Source of the DNA: an uncultured Gammaproteobacteria bacterium
GTDB lineage: Bacteria > Pseudomonadota > Gammaproteobacteria > Pseudomonadales > Pseudohongiellaceae
Direction: 5' to 3'
Length of the DNA stretch: 50,519 nucleotides
Assembly (NCBI GenBank): GCA_903876785.1
Contig: CAIRBI010000170.1
Coordinates: 1-50,519, forward strand
How positions within the stretch are numbered: the first letter of the stretch is position 1; each line of letters opens with the position of its first letter. Below, in pieces: positions 41,826-50,519 of the stretch. A model generated the notes under the pieces. That model saw only the letters and a list, made by a program, of their open reading frames with translations, had not been told where the DNA came from and searched no databases. A program made the translations under genes and the position numbers.

Positions 41826-42599
41826 ATGGCTATCAATATCAAGACGCCTGAAGAAATTGCAAAAATGCGCATCGCCGGTCGACTGGCCGCCGAAGTCCTC
41901 GAAATGATCGGACCTTATGTCAAGGCAGGGGTCAGCACAGGCGAGCTTGACCGCATCTGCCACGACTACATCGTCAACGTGCAGCAGGCCATTCCCGCGC
42001 CCCTGAATTACAACGGTTTCCCCAAGTCGATCTGCACATCTATCAATCATGTCATCTGTCATGGAATTCCCAGTGATGACAAGATTCTCAAGAATGGCGA
42101 TATCGTCAATATCGATATCACTGTCATCAAGGACGGTTTTCACGGCGATACCAGCAAGATGTTCCCGATCGATGAGGTGCCGGCTCACGCTTCACGTTTG
42201 GTGGAGGTCACTCGTCAGTGCCTCTACAAGGCCATAGCGATTGTCAGACCTGGCACCAGGCTGGGGGATATCGGACACGCCATTCAGACCCTCGCCGAAG
42301 CCAACAACTATTCTGTAGTCCGTGATTACTGCGGGCATGGTATCGGACGCGTGTTTCACGAAGATCCTCAAGTCCTTCATTACGGCAAACCGGACACCGG
42401 CATCACATTGCAGGAAGGGATGACTTTTACTATCGAGCCTATGCTCAATGCCGGCACCTATCACACGAAATTGTCGAAAGTTGATGGCTGGACAGTCACG
42501 ACTAAAGACCGCCGCCTGTCGGCCCAGTGGGAACATACATTGGCAGTCACCGCTAGCGGATGCGAAGTGCTGACCAGACGCACGGAAGAAGCTTTTTGA
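41826..42599 (+). CDS. map: Methionine aminopeptidase, type I.
   Basis: IKTPEEIAKMRIAG, NGDIVNIDITV, GHGIGRVFHE and EPMLN. Confidence 0.97.
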   Translation: MAINIKTPEEIAKMRIAGRLAAEVLEMIGPYVKAGVSTGELDRICHDYIVNVQQAIPAPLNYNGFPKSICTSINHVICHGIPSDDKILKNGDIVNIDITVIKDGFHGDTSKMFPIDEVPAHASRLVEVTRQCLYKAIAIVRPGTRLGDIGHAIQTLAEANNYSVVRDYCGHGIGRVFHEDPQVLHYGKPDTGITLQEGMTFTIEPMLNAGTYHTKLSKVDGWTVTTKDRRLSAQWEHTLAVTASGCEVLTRRTEEAF

Positions 42600-42649
42600 A
42601 ACTCTTCGGTAAGCTCCTATCTGCTTTCCAATAACCGGGCAGCGACACT

Positions 42650-45335
42650 ATGACAGACCTACAATCCGCGCTGGATGAATTCCATGACGATGAACTCCTG
42701 AACATCGCAGAGTTTCGTGCCAGGGTGCAGGCGCCAGGGAACGCTGTCCTCCTCTTTCGTGAAGCCATTCAACATGCTCGCGACGTGCTCAATGCCCGCT
42801 ATCTTCACAACGACAATGTCGTCGCTCTGGTCACCGGACGCTCATGGTTTGTAGACCAGTTACTGCGCTGTGCCTGGGATCGTTATCGTTGGGAAGACCC
42901 CCGGCAATATCGCGCTGCTCGCAGTGGGTGGCTACGGTCGCGGCGAATTGCACCCCCATTCCGACATCGATCTCCTGCTGCTCACCCGCAATGATGACCA
43001 TGCGAAACACAAGAGCAACATCAGCGCCTTCTTCACATTCCTCTGGGACATCAACCTGGATATCGGACAAAGCGTTCGCTCGATCAAGCAATGCCGGCAA
43101 GAAGCGCTCAAGGACATTACCGTCACCACCAGCCTGATGGAGTCGCGCACTATCATTGGCCCCGAGGTTCTGCGTCAGGAGATGATCGCTCAGACCCAGA
43201 ATCCGCAGGTCTGGCCAGCCAAGGAATTTTTCAAGGCGAAGCGTGACGAGCAGATTGCCCGCCACGAAAAGTACTACGACATAGACTACGCACTGGAGCC
43301 AAACGTCAAGACGTCTCCGGGAGGATTACGTGACATCCAGACGATCGCCTGGATTGCCAAACGGCATTATCGCGGCCAGAACCTGGCGGATCTGGTTACC
43401 CTCGGCTTTCTGACCCCTTCCGAATATGAGCAATTGGCCAGTGGCGAGCAGCTGCTATGGAAAATTCGTTACGGCTTGCATCTGCTCGCGGGACGAAAGG
43501 AAGACCGCCTGCTGTTTGATCGTCAGAAGGACTTGGCAAAAATGTTCGGCTATGAGGACGATGACAAGAGCCTCGGCGTTGAGAAACTAATGCAGGAGTA
43601 CTATCGCGCAGTCGCTACTTTGCGCGGACTCAACGATGTGTTGCTGCAACACTTTGACGAAGTCATCCTGCGCGCTGGCGAACGGGAAGAAATCACCGTC
43701 ATCAACAAGCGCTTTCAGATTCGCAACAATTACATTGAAGCCACCTACCCTGGGGTGTTCAAGCGCTTTCCCTTTGCACTGATGGAAATCTTCGTCCTGA
43801 TGGCGCAGAACTCCACCATCGCCGGAATTCGCGCGTCAACCATTCGCCTGATCTATGAACACCAGACGATGGTCAATGACACCTTTCGCAAGGATTTACG
43901 CAACACGACACTATTCATGGAATTATTGCGATCACCACACCAGGTAACATCGCAATTACGCCGCATGTCCCGCTATGGCATCCTGGGTCGCTATTTGCCA
44001 GAGTTCGGCGCAATCACTGGCAAAATGCAGCACGACCTTTTCCACATCTATACGGTGGATGCTCACACCCTGCAGGTGGTCGAGAATATGCGGCGTTTCC
44101 GCTATCCCGGAGCCGAAGAGCAATTCCCCATCGCCGCACATATCGCGTTGCGATTGCCGAAAGTGGAACTGCTGTATATCGCCGGACTGTATCACGACAT
44201 TGCCAAGGGGCGCGGAGGCGATCACTCCACTCTCGGCATGGCTGACGCCACCGAATTCTGTCAGCGTCATCACTTGAGCGCGTGGGACACCAAACTGGTC
44301 ACCTGGCTGGTTGGAAAGCATCTGCTGATGTCCATGACTGCGCAGCGGATGGATATCGCCGATCCAGAGGTCATTCAGCAATTCGCTCTGCAGATGGGCG
44401 ACAAGCTGCATCTTGATTACCTCTATGCGATGACCGTGGCGGATATCAATGCCACCAATCCGACACTCTGGAACACCTGGCGCGCATCGTTGTTGCGACA
44501 ACTTTACCTCAGCACCAAGCGGGCACTTCGACGTGGCCTCGAAAACCCAATCGACCGCGCAGACCGTATCAAGGACAAGCAGGAAAGCGCTCACCTGAAA
44601 CTGCTGGACCGTGGGGTTTCACATGAACAGATCGAAGCGATCTGGGCCAATATCGACGATGAATACTTCGTCAGAGAATCGACGGCCAACATCGTTTGGC
44701 ATACCGAGGCAATTGCAAGAAATCAAGGGCGGGACACACTCGTGCTGATCGAGGATCGAGGGGATACCGCCTCCGAGGGCGCCACACAGATATTCATCTA
44801 CACGATCAACAGGAATCACCTGTTTGCCAGCAGCGCCGCCGCGATGGAGCAACTGGGGTTGAACATTCAGGACGCACGCATCTTCACGTCGGCAAAAAAC
44901 TACTGCATGAATACTTATACTGTGCTGGAGAGCGATGGCACCCCGATAAGCGCCGATGCACAAAGGCGCCAGAATATTACCGATTTGCTGAGAGTATTCG
45001 TTGCAGAACCGGACAAGCATCTCAAAGTCACCAACAAACGCATTGCCCGCAAGTTGAAACACTTCAGCCAGCATGTAGAGGCGGATGTCATCAACAGTGA
45101 TGACAAACCGCATACCACTCTGGAGATCAATTGCCCGGACCAACCGGGCATCCTTGCCTCCATCGGCAAGATTTTTGCCGACCACAAGATTCAGCTGCAA
45201 AATGCCCGCATTGCGACGCTGGGTGAACGAGTAGAAGACTTGTTCTTCATCGTCGACGAAAACAATCAAAAAATTACAGACCCGGCGGAGATCGAACGCC
45301 TGCAGAGCGACATCAGGCAAGGACTCGGGAACTAA
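42650..45335 (+). pseudogene. glnD: Bifunctional uridylyltransferase/uridylyl-removing enzyme GlnD, reading frame broken by an apparent +1 insertion in a C5 run (42898-42902).
   Basis: The N-terminal 83 codons (RSWFVDQLLRCAWDRYRWEDP) are in one frame. The remainder is in the next frame: GNIALLAVGGYGRGELHPHSDIDLLLL, the HD domain, and two ACT domains. Removing one C gives WEDPGNIALLAVGGYG, which matches the Pseudomonas and E. coli junction. Confidence 0.85.
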
Positions 45336-45376
45336 CTCCCGAGAGATGAAGCAGCCGAACAGTGCGAGAGGACAAT

Positions 45377-45727
45377 ATGATTACGCTCTACGGTATCGCC
45401 AATTGCGACTCCATAAAGAAGACGCGGCAGTGGTTGGACAGCCACGATGTCCGCTATGAGTTTCATGACTTCCGAAAGCAAGGGTTGGAAGAATCTCTTG
45501 TGCAAGCGTTTCTGGCCGCCATCCCGCTTGAGGATTTGATCAATAAACGCGGCACGACCTGGCGTCAGCTGTCCACCGACATTAAAAACAGCTTCAGCAT
45601 CGAAACGGCATTGCCGTTGCTGACAGCGCAACCGACGTTGATTCGCCGGCCCTTGCTGCGTAGCCATCGCGTGTTCATCACCGGTTACGATGAAAGGCAA
45701 TTGCAGCAACTGATCGAAAACCAATAA
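45377..45727 (+). CDS. ArsC/Spx-family reductase (YffB-like).
   Basis: MITLYGIANCDSIKKTRQWLDSH...YEFHDFRK and LINKRGTTWRQL fit the ArsC-family thioredoxin fold with a single N-terminal Cys. Confidence 0.85.
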   Translation: MITLYGIANCDSIKKTRQWLDSHDVRYEFHDFRKQGLEESLVQAFLAAIPLEDLINKRGTTWRQLSTDIKNSFSIETALPLLTAQPTLIRRPLLRSHRVFITGYDERQLQQLIENQ

Positions 45728-45773
45728 CATTCTCTTAAACAGAACCGCACAACGATAAAGAGGTTGCCATCAC

Positions 45774-46841
45774 ATGACCATGACAATTCCACTGCAAAAT
45801 TCATTGCACGCGCCATTGCACAGCCTGGGCATAGGCATTGGCACACGCAATTCGCGCAACGAACTGATTGAAGTGTTCTATCCTCTGGTGCTGCTAAGCC
45901 CTGCGCTGGCGTTGACGCAGACACTGGCCAACATGGCAGACTACACCGATGGCAACAGTTTTCATGAGCTGTCCGCTCTGCAGCTGACGCGTCTTGCGCA
46001 AATGCCCGAGATTGTGAATAACAGCAGCCTGCAGGACCTGTTGCGGTCACTGAGCAACAGCACACAACCCATACTCGTGACTTTTATTGCAGCAGATCTG
46101 CCACCCGCCACAATTCCCGAGGTCTATCTTAAACTTCATCTGCTCTCTCATAGGCTTTGCAAACCCCATACACTGAATCTCACCGGAGCGTTCGGGGTAC
46201 TTCGCAATCTGGCTTGGACCAATGAAGGCGCAATCGATCTCGAGGATCTACCGGCACGGCAGCTGCATGCACGACTCAAAGGTGAATTGCTCGAGGTCAT
46301 GTCTGTCGACAAGTTTCCGAAAATGACCAACTACGTTGTGCCCAAAGGTGTGCGCATCGCTCACACTGCGCGCGTGCGCCTGGGAGCCTACGTTGGTGAA
46401 GGCACCACCGTCATGCACGAGGGTTTCATCAATTTCAATGCAGGAACTGAGGGACCTGCCATGATCGAAGGCAGAATCTCTGCCGGAGTGATGATTGGCG
46501 CAGGCAGCGACCTCGGGGGAGGCTGCAGCACCATGGGTACACTTTCGGGCGGGGGTACCGAAATCATTTCCGTGGGACGCGATTGTCTTATCGGCGCAAA
46601 CTCCGGGCTCGGTTTTCCGTTGGGAGATCGCTGCATCATTGAAGCGGGGCTTTATGTGACAGCCGGTACCAAGGTGTTATTGCTGGACAAAGACAATCAG
46701 GTTGTCCGCACCGTGAAAGCCCTCGAACTCGCTGGCAAATCCGATTTGCTGTTCCGTCGCAACTCGGTTACCGGTTCCGTCGAATGCAAAGCCAACAAGA
46801 CGGCAATTGCGCTGAATGCAGAACTACACACTCACAATTGA
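45774..46841 (+). CDS. dapD: 2,3,4,5-tetrahydropyridine-2,6-dicarboxylate N-succinyltransferase (long Pseudomonas-type form).
   Basis: YLKLHLLSHRLCKPH, VDKFPKMTNYVVP, GAYVGEGTTVMHEGFINFNAGTEGPAMIEGRIS, and LFRRNSVTGSVECK. Confidence 0.95.
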   Translation: MTMTIPLQNSLHAPLHSLGIGIGTRNSRNELIEVFYPLVLLSPALALTQTLANMADYTDGNSFHELSALQLTRLAQMPEIVNNSSLQDLLRSLSNSTQPILVTFIAADLPPATIPEVYLKLHLLSHRLCKPHTLNLTGAFGVLRNLAWTNEGAIDLEDLPARQLHARLKGELLEVMSVDKFPKMTNYVVPKGVRIAHTARVRLGAYVGEGTTVMHEGFINFNAGTEGPAMIEGRISAGVMIGAGSDLGGGCSTMGTLSGGGTEIISVGRDCLIGANSGLGFPLGDRCIIEAGLYVTAGTKVLLLDKDNQVVRTVKALELAGKSDLLFRRNSVTGSVECKANKTAIALNAELHTHN

Positions 46842-46888
46842 TTCAGCATGCCTGTCCCTGCAGGCACGCTCTTGAGCACTACTAATCT

Positions 46889-48031
46889 ATGACCACTAAC
46901 GCTTTTACACCCACCTTGAAGCTGTGCATGGCGCTTGTCGAAAAGCCTTCGGTGACACCAGAAGATGCCGGTTGCACGCAGCTGCTGGCGGAGAGACTGA
47001 AGGCTCTGGGTTTTGCCATCGAGATCATGCCGTTCGGTGACGTCACCAACCTGTGGGCAAGACTGGGCACCCAGGCTCCGGTGTTCGCATTTGCCGGCCA
47101 TACGGACGTCGTCCCGGCTGGTCAATTGGAGCTCTGGGCTACCCCGCCATTTGAACCCACCATCCGTGATGGGTTTCTGTATGGGCGTGGCACCGCTGAC
47201 ATGAAAGGCAGTATCGCCGCCATGGTAACGGCCTGCGAACGCCTTATTGTCAGCGGCATGCCAATGCGTGGTTCCATCGCATTCCTGTTGACCAGTGATG
47301 AGGAAGGCAGCGCGATCAACGGTACCCGCAAGGTGATCGAGGTATTGGAACAGCGTAACGAAAAGATCGACTACTGCATTGTTGGTGAGCCCTCCAGTGA
47401 CAAGAGGGTCGGCGATACCATCAAGACAGGCAGAAGAGGCTCACTGCACGGGAAGTTGCGCGTGCATGGCATGCAAGGGCATGTCGCTTATCCCCATCTG
47501 GCCGAGAATCCTATCCACCGAGCCATGCAGCCACTGGACGCGCTGTGCCGCGAGGTGTGGGATACCGGCAATGCCTCCTTTCCTCCGACCAGCTTCCAGA
47601 TTTCCAACATACATGCGGGCACAGGTACAGAGAATGTCATCCCCGGTGATCTCGATGTGACGTTCAACTTCCGATTCTCTACGGCCTTGTCTCAGGATGT
47701 CATTCAGACGCGCACACAAGCAATTCTGGACGCACACAACCTTCGTTATTCCTTGCACTGGCAACTGTCGGGCAATCCCTTTCTGACGGACAAAGGTCGA
47801 CTGATCGACGTGGCGGCGGAAAGCATTCGCGAGGTCAACGGCATCACCACGACGACTTCAACCTCCGGAGGCACGTCTGATGGACGCTTCATTGCGCCCA
47901 CCGGGGCCGAACTCATCGAACTGGGGCCATGCAACGCCACCATCCACAAAGTCAACGAGCAAGTGAAGGTGAGCGATCTGGAGGAGTTATCGCAAATCTA
48001 CGAAAAGATTCTACTGCGCCTGCTGGCCTGA
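46889..48031 (+). CDS. dapE: Succinyl-diaminopimelate desuccinylase.
   Basis: [28 protein letters not shown] and HKVNE. Confidence 0.96.
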   Translation: MTTNAFTPTLKLCMALVEKPSVTPEDAGCTQLLAERLKALGFAIEIMPFGDVTNLWARLGTQAPVFAFAGHTDVVPAGQLELWATPPFEPTIRDGFLYGRGTADMKGSIAAMVTACERLIVSGMPMRGSIAFLLTSDEEGSAINGTRKVIEVLEQRNEKIDYCIVGEPSSDKRVGDTIKTGRRGSLHGKLRVHGMQGHVAYPHLAENPIHRAMQPLDALCREVWDTGNASFPPTSFQISNIHAGTGTENVIPGDLDVTFNFRFSTALSQDVIQTRTQAILDAHNLRYSLHWQLSGNPFLTDKGRLIDVAAESIREVNGITTTTSTSGGTSDGRFIAPTGAELIELGPCNATIHKVNEQVKVSDLEELSQIYEKILLRLLA

Positions 48032-48052
48032 CCTACTGTCAAACAGACCACC

Positions 48053-48889
48053 TCATCCGCTGCCACTATTGCGGGTGAGGTAGATATCGAAACGGCTGGA
48101 TTTACCAGTCAGCTGGAACGATGGCTTGATGTCTTCCAGAAAGCCTGCGTGAGCGGGCCTCTTCACCACGACTCGGCGCCGGGCCAGTGACAGGGCATCG
48201 CGTAACAGCGCCTCTGTGGGCAACTCGTCGTGTAGCATTTGCTGCAGCAGATACATATTCTTCTTTACCTTTGCGCTTTTGCGACGCTCTGGAAACATGG
48301 GGTCCAGATAGATCACGTCAGGGAGAGAAGCGCCCCACCCCTGCAGCTTCAGACTGCTCTCTCCAAGATGCAGGGTCATGCGATCGGCAATGACTGCAAG
48401 TCCCTCATCCCTGCTGGCGGCTGCACGGCGCAGACCATCCTGCAATAGAGCGTGCAGAATGACCGATCTCTCGATCAAGTCAATGCGATGCCCTGCCGAC
48501 GCCAGCACAAACGCATCCAGACCCCACCCCGCCGTAGCGTCCACGATTAGCAGGGACTCGCCCTGCTTTGCTCCCAAAGCCTTCAAAATCGCTTCTGGCT
48601 GCCTTGAATGACGTTGTCTATAGGCGAGTGTGGCATCTTCGAAATCGACACAAAGCGGACCTGAGGCGTTTTGATCATTTTGCTGGAGAGACAAACAGGC
48701 ATGGTCATAGAACAACAGGAAACCACACTCGCACCCCGCCACCTCCTCCGGAGCCCAGAGCGGCAGAGAGAGCCGCACAGCGAGTTGCGCCTGGGATTCG
48801 GGTGCTGGGCCCCGGGACGTATCCGAGACGCAACCGTCCTCAATGGGAGGAGCGATGCAGACGCGGGTGGTACTGATGGGTAGCAACAT
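48053..48889 (-). CDS. rsmJ: 16S rRNA (guanine1516-N2)-methyltransferase RsmJ.
   Basis: VDATAGWGLDAFVLASAGHRIDLIERS, YLDPMFPERRKSAKVKK, VVVKRP and RFDIY match E. coli RsmJ (YhiQ). Confidence 0.85.
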   Translation of the reverse strand: MLLPISTTRVCIAPPIEDGCVSDTSRGPAPESQAQLAVRLSLPLWAPEEVAGCECGFLLFYDHACLSLQQNDQNASGPLCVDFEDATLAYRQRHSRQPEAILKALGAKQGESLLIVDATAGWGLDAFVLASAGHRIDLIERSVILHALLQDGLRRAAASRDEGLAVIADRMTLHLGESSLKLQGWGASLPDVIYLDPMFPERRKSAKVKKNMYLLQQMLHDELPTEALLRDALSLARRRVVVKRPAHAGFLEDIKPSFQLTGKSSRFDIYLTRNSGSG

Positions 48890-48917
48890 GCCTCCTGGCG
48901 CCTACTCTGCCCGCGGC

Positions 48918-49733
48918 TTATGCCACTCTGACAAAATAGATCGCGAACAGCAGCAGCCCCAGAAGTACCCGATAAATGACAAAGGGCAGGAATCCAATGC
49001 GCGTGATCAAACTCAGGAAGTAGTGAATGCAGGTAAACGAGACAATTGCCGAAACCGCGATTGCATAGAAAAGAATAGCCCACTGCCCCGACGTTCCGGT
49101 CTCGATCATCTCAAGACCTTTGAACATGCCACTTGCGATGATAATGGGGATTGCCAGCAGAAAGGAAAATTTAGCGGCTGCGGTTCTGTCCAATCCGCAA
49201 AATAATCCTGCAGTGAGAGTAATCCCCGACCGTGATGTTCCAGGTATCAACGCTAAGAGTTGTGCAAACCCGATAACGATGGCGGTCTTCATATCCATCC
49301 TGTCCATCGGTTTACGAACACCTTCGTACTTGTCGGCAAAATAAAGCACGATGCCGAAAAAGATAGAGGTGAATCCAATCAAGAGCATGGAGCGTGAATA
49401 CTGCTCCACTGCATCGTTGAAGAGCAGACCACCTACTCCTGCCGGAATGGTAGCTAGCACGATGAACCAGGCAATTCGTCCGTCCTTGTCAGTCCCCTTG
49501 CCGATACAGGAGCGAATCCAGGCTATGAACAAAGTGGCGATATCACGCCGCAGGTAGGAGACAACCGCAATCAAGCTCCCGACATGAACTGCGACATCAA
49601 AGACGAGTCCCTGATCCTCCCATCCAAACAATTCTTTGGGGAGAATCAGGTGCGCAGAGCTGGACACTGGCAGAAACTCGGTAATGCCCTGCAGAATGGC
49701 CAGGAAAGTAATTTTAAAGATATCGAGTTCCAT
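48918..49733 (-). CDS. uppP: Undecaprenyl-diphosphate phosphatase (BacA/UppP).
   Basis: LQGITEFLPVSSSAHL, IPGTSRSGITLTAG. About 8 TM segments. Confidence 0.95.
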   Translation of the reverse strand: MELDIFKITFLAILQGITEFLPVSSSAHLILPKELFGWEDQGLVFDVAVHVGSLIAVVSYLRRDIATLFIAWIRSCIGKGTDKDGRIAWFIVLATIPAGVGGLLFNDAVEQYSRSMLLIGFTSIFFGIVLYFADKYEGVRKPMDRMDMKTAIVIGFAQLLALIPGTSRSGITLTAGLFCGLDRTAAAKFSFLLAIPIIIASGMFKGLEMIETGTSGQWAILFYAIAVSAIVSFTCIHYFLSLITRIGFLPFVIYRVLLGLLLFAIYFVRVA

Positions 49734-49797
49734 GTGACTCCTGGCGCTACGGATGAGGCTGCTCTTGCGATTCTTGATGCTACGTTTGTAACAATTC

Positions 49798-50481
49798 TTA
49801 TTGATAGCCCAATTGTTCTTTCAAATAAACCGGCAAGGCCAATTCCGGGGCAACACTTGCACCTTGTGCCCATTTCAAACTGGCAAGTTCACTCAACGTG
49901 GAAGCATCGGACACAATTTCCGCTGCATCGAATCCGATTATGTGAAGTGCGCCAGCTGAGTTTAAATTTTGGGCGTAAAGCCAGCCGTCACCAACTCCAA
50001 ACCATTGTGCAGCTTCGTCCGCGCCAACAAAATGCTGTTCGCTGAACCCACCGACCATCTCCCGTCCCTGCAGGGTCAGCTGATTCTCACCGAGGCTGTA
50101 AGCGGCGCTGTAGATTTCATCTTCACGCGCACACACACCAACAAGCAGGTGATTGTGCCCGATAGCCCGGTGGGCCTTCATTGCGATGATTTCAAGGGCT
50201 GACACGCCTATCACTGGAATACCTGCACCGAATGCCAGTCCTTGTGCCACCCCTGCCCCGATACGCAGTCCTGTGAAGGAGCCGGGCCCTCTAACGACAG
50301 CAATGGCATCGAGGTCAGACGATCGCATCTTTCGTGCGGCCAGTAGTTCGGCAATCATCGGGAGAACTCGGCGGGCATGTTGCCGAGGCTCATTACTGAC
50401 GCTAAATGTAATTTGCCCCTCATCGCTAAGCGCAACTGAGCACAGTGAATTTGAGGTATCTATGGAAAGAATTCTAGACAT
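49798..50481 (-). CDS. tsaB: tRNA t6A biosynthesis protein TsaB (YeaZ).
   Basis: ILSIDTSNSLCSVAL, and VVRGPGSFTGLRIGAGVAQGLAFG. Confidence 0.9.
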   Translation of the reverse strand: MSRILSIDTSNSLCSVALSDEGQITFSVSNEPRQHARRVLPMIAELLAARKMRSSDLDAIAVVRGPGSFTGLRIGAGVAQGLAFGAGIPVIGVSALEIIAMKAHRAIGHNHLLVGVCAREDEIYSAAYSLGENQLTLQGREMVGGFSEQHFVGADEAAQWFGVGDGWLYAQNLNSAGALHIIGFDAAEIVSDASTLSELASLKWAQGASVAPELALPVYLKEQLGYQ

Positions 50482-50519
50482 GGCGGGATTATACCGAAGG
50501 AAATAAAAAATCCCCCTGA

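Overview
About 50.5 kb of a gammaproteobacterial chromosome, high GC by eye. Almost all of it is conserved housekeeping core, in the gene order known from E. coli and Pseudomonas. Minus strand: sensor-cyclase operon, recX, recA, pncC. Plus strand: mutS, fdxA. Minus strand: rpoS, nlpD, DUF368, pcm, truD, ispF, ispD, ftsB, eno, kdsA, pyrG, tilS, accA, dnaE, rnhB, lpxB, lpxA, fabZ, lpxD, skp, bamA, rseP, dxr, cdsA, uppS, frr, pyrH, tsf, rpsB. Plus strand: map, glnD, arsC-family, dapD, dapE. Minus strand: rsmJ, uppP, tsaB. I saw no rRNA, tRNA, CRISPR array, transposase, integrase or prophage genes, so this is not an obvious accessory island. Many six-frame ORFs are over-extended at the 5' end into the upstream gene. 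I trimmed starts by alignment to remembered orthologue N-termini, and several genes then use GTG/TTG starts or overlap their neighbours (ATGA/GTGA coupling). The non-routine observations are these. (1) The only non-core block is at the left edge: an outer-membrane beta-barrel, a periplasmic cupredoxin-like protein with an amicyanin-type Cu ligand pattern, and a HAMP class III cyclase. The last two genes are joined by a 6 x 14-bp tandem array that encodes a staircase of ATGA-overlapping 5-codon mini-ORFs. (2) The 376-nt mutS-fdxA spacer is highly structured and GGA-rich, with a 31-bp stem whose only non-Watson-Crick pairs are G-U on the plus strand. It is a candidate Csr/Rsm-type or other sRNA. 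(3) glnD is split by an apparent +1 frameshift in a C5 run. (4) surE is missing from the otherwise conserved truD-surE-pcm-nlpD-rpoS block, and a DUF368 (PopT-like) membrane protein sits between pcm and nlpD next to a REP element. (5) Pseudomonas-style REP/REPIN elements are present. (6) In-frame 12-nt tandem repeats occur in pyrG (His/Glu/Gln tail) and tilS. All functional calls come from my own recognition of the translated ORFs. No database search was run.
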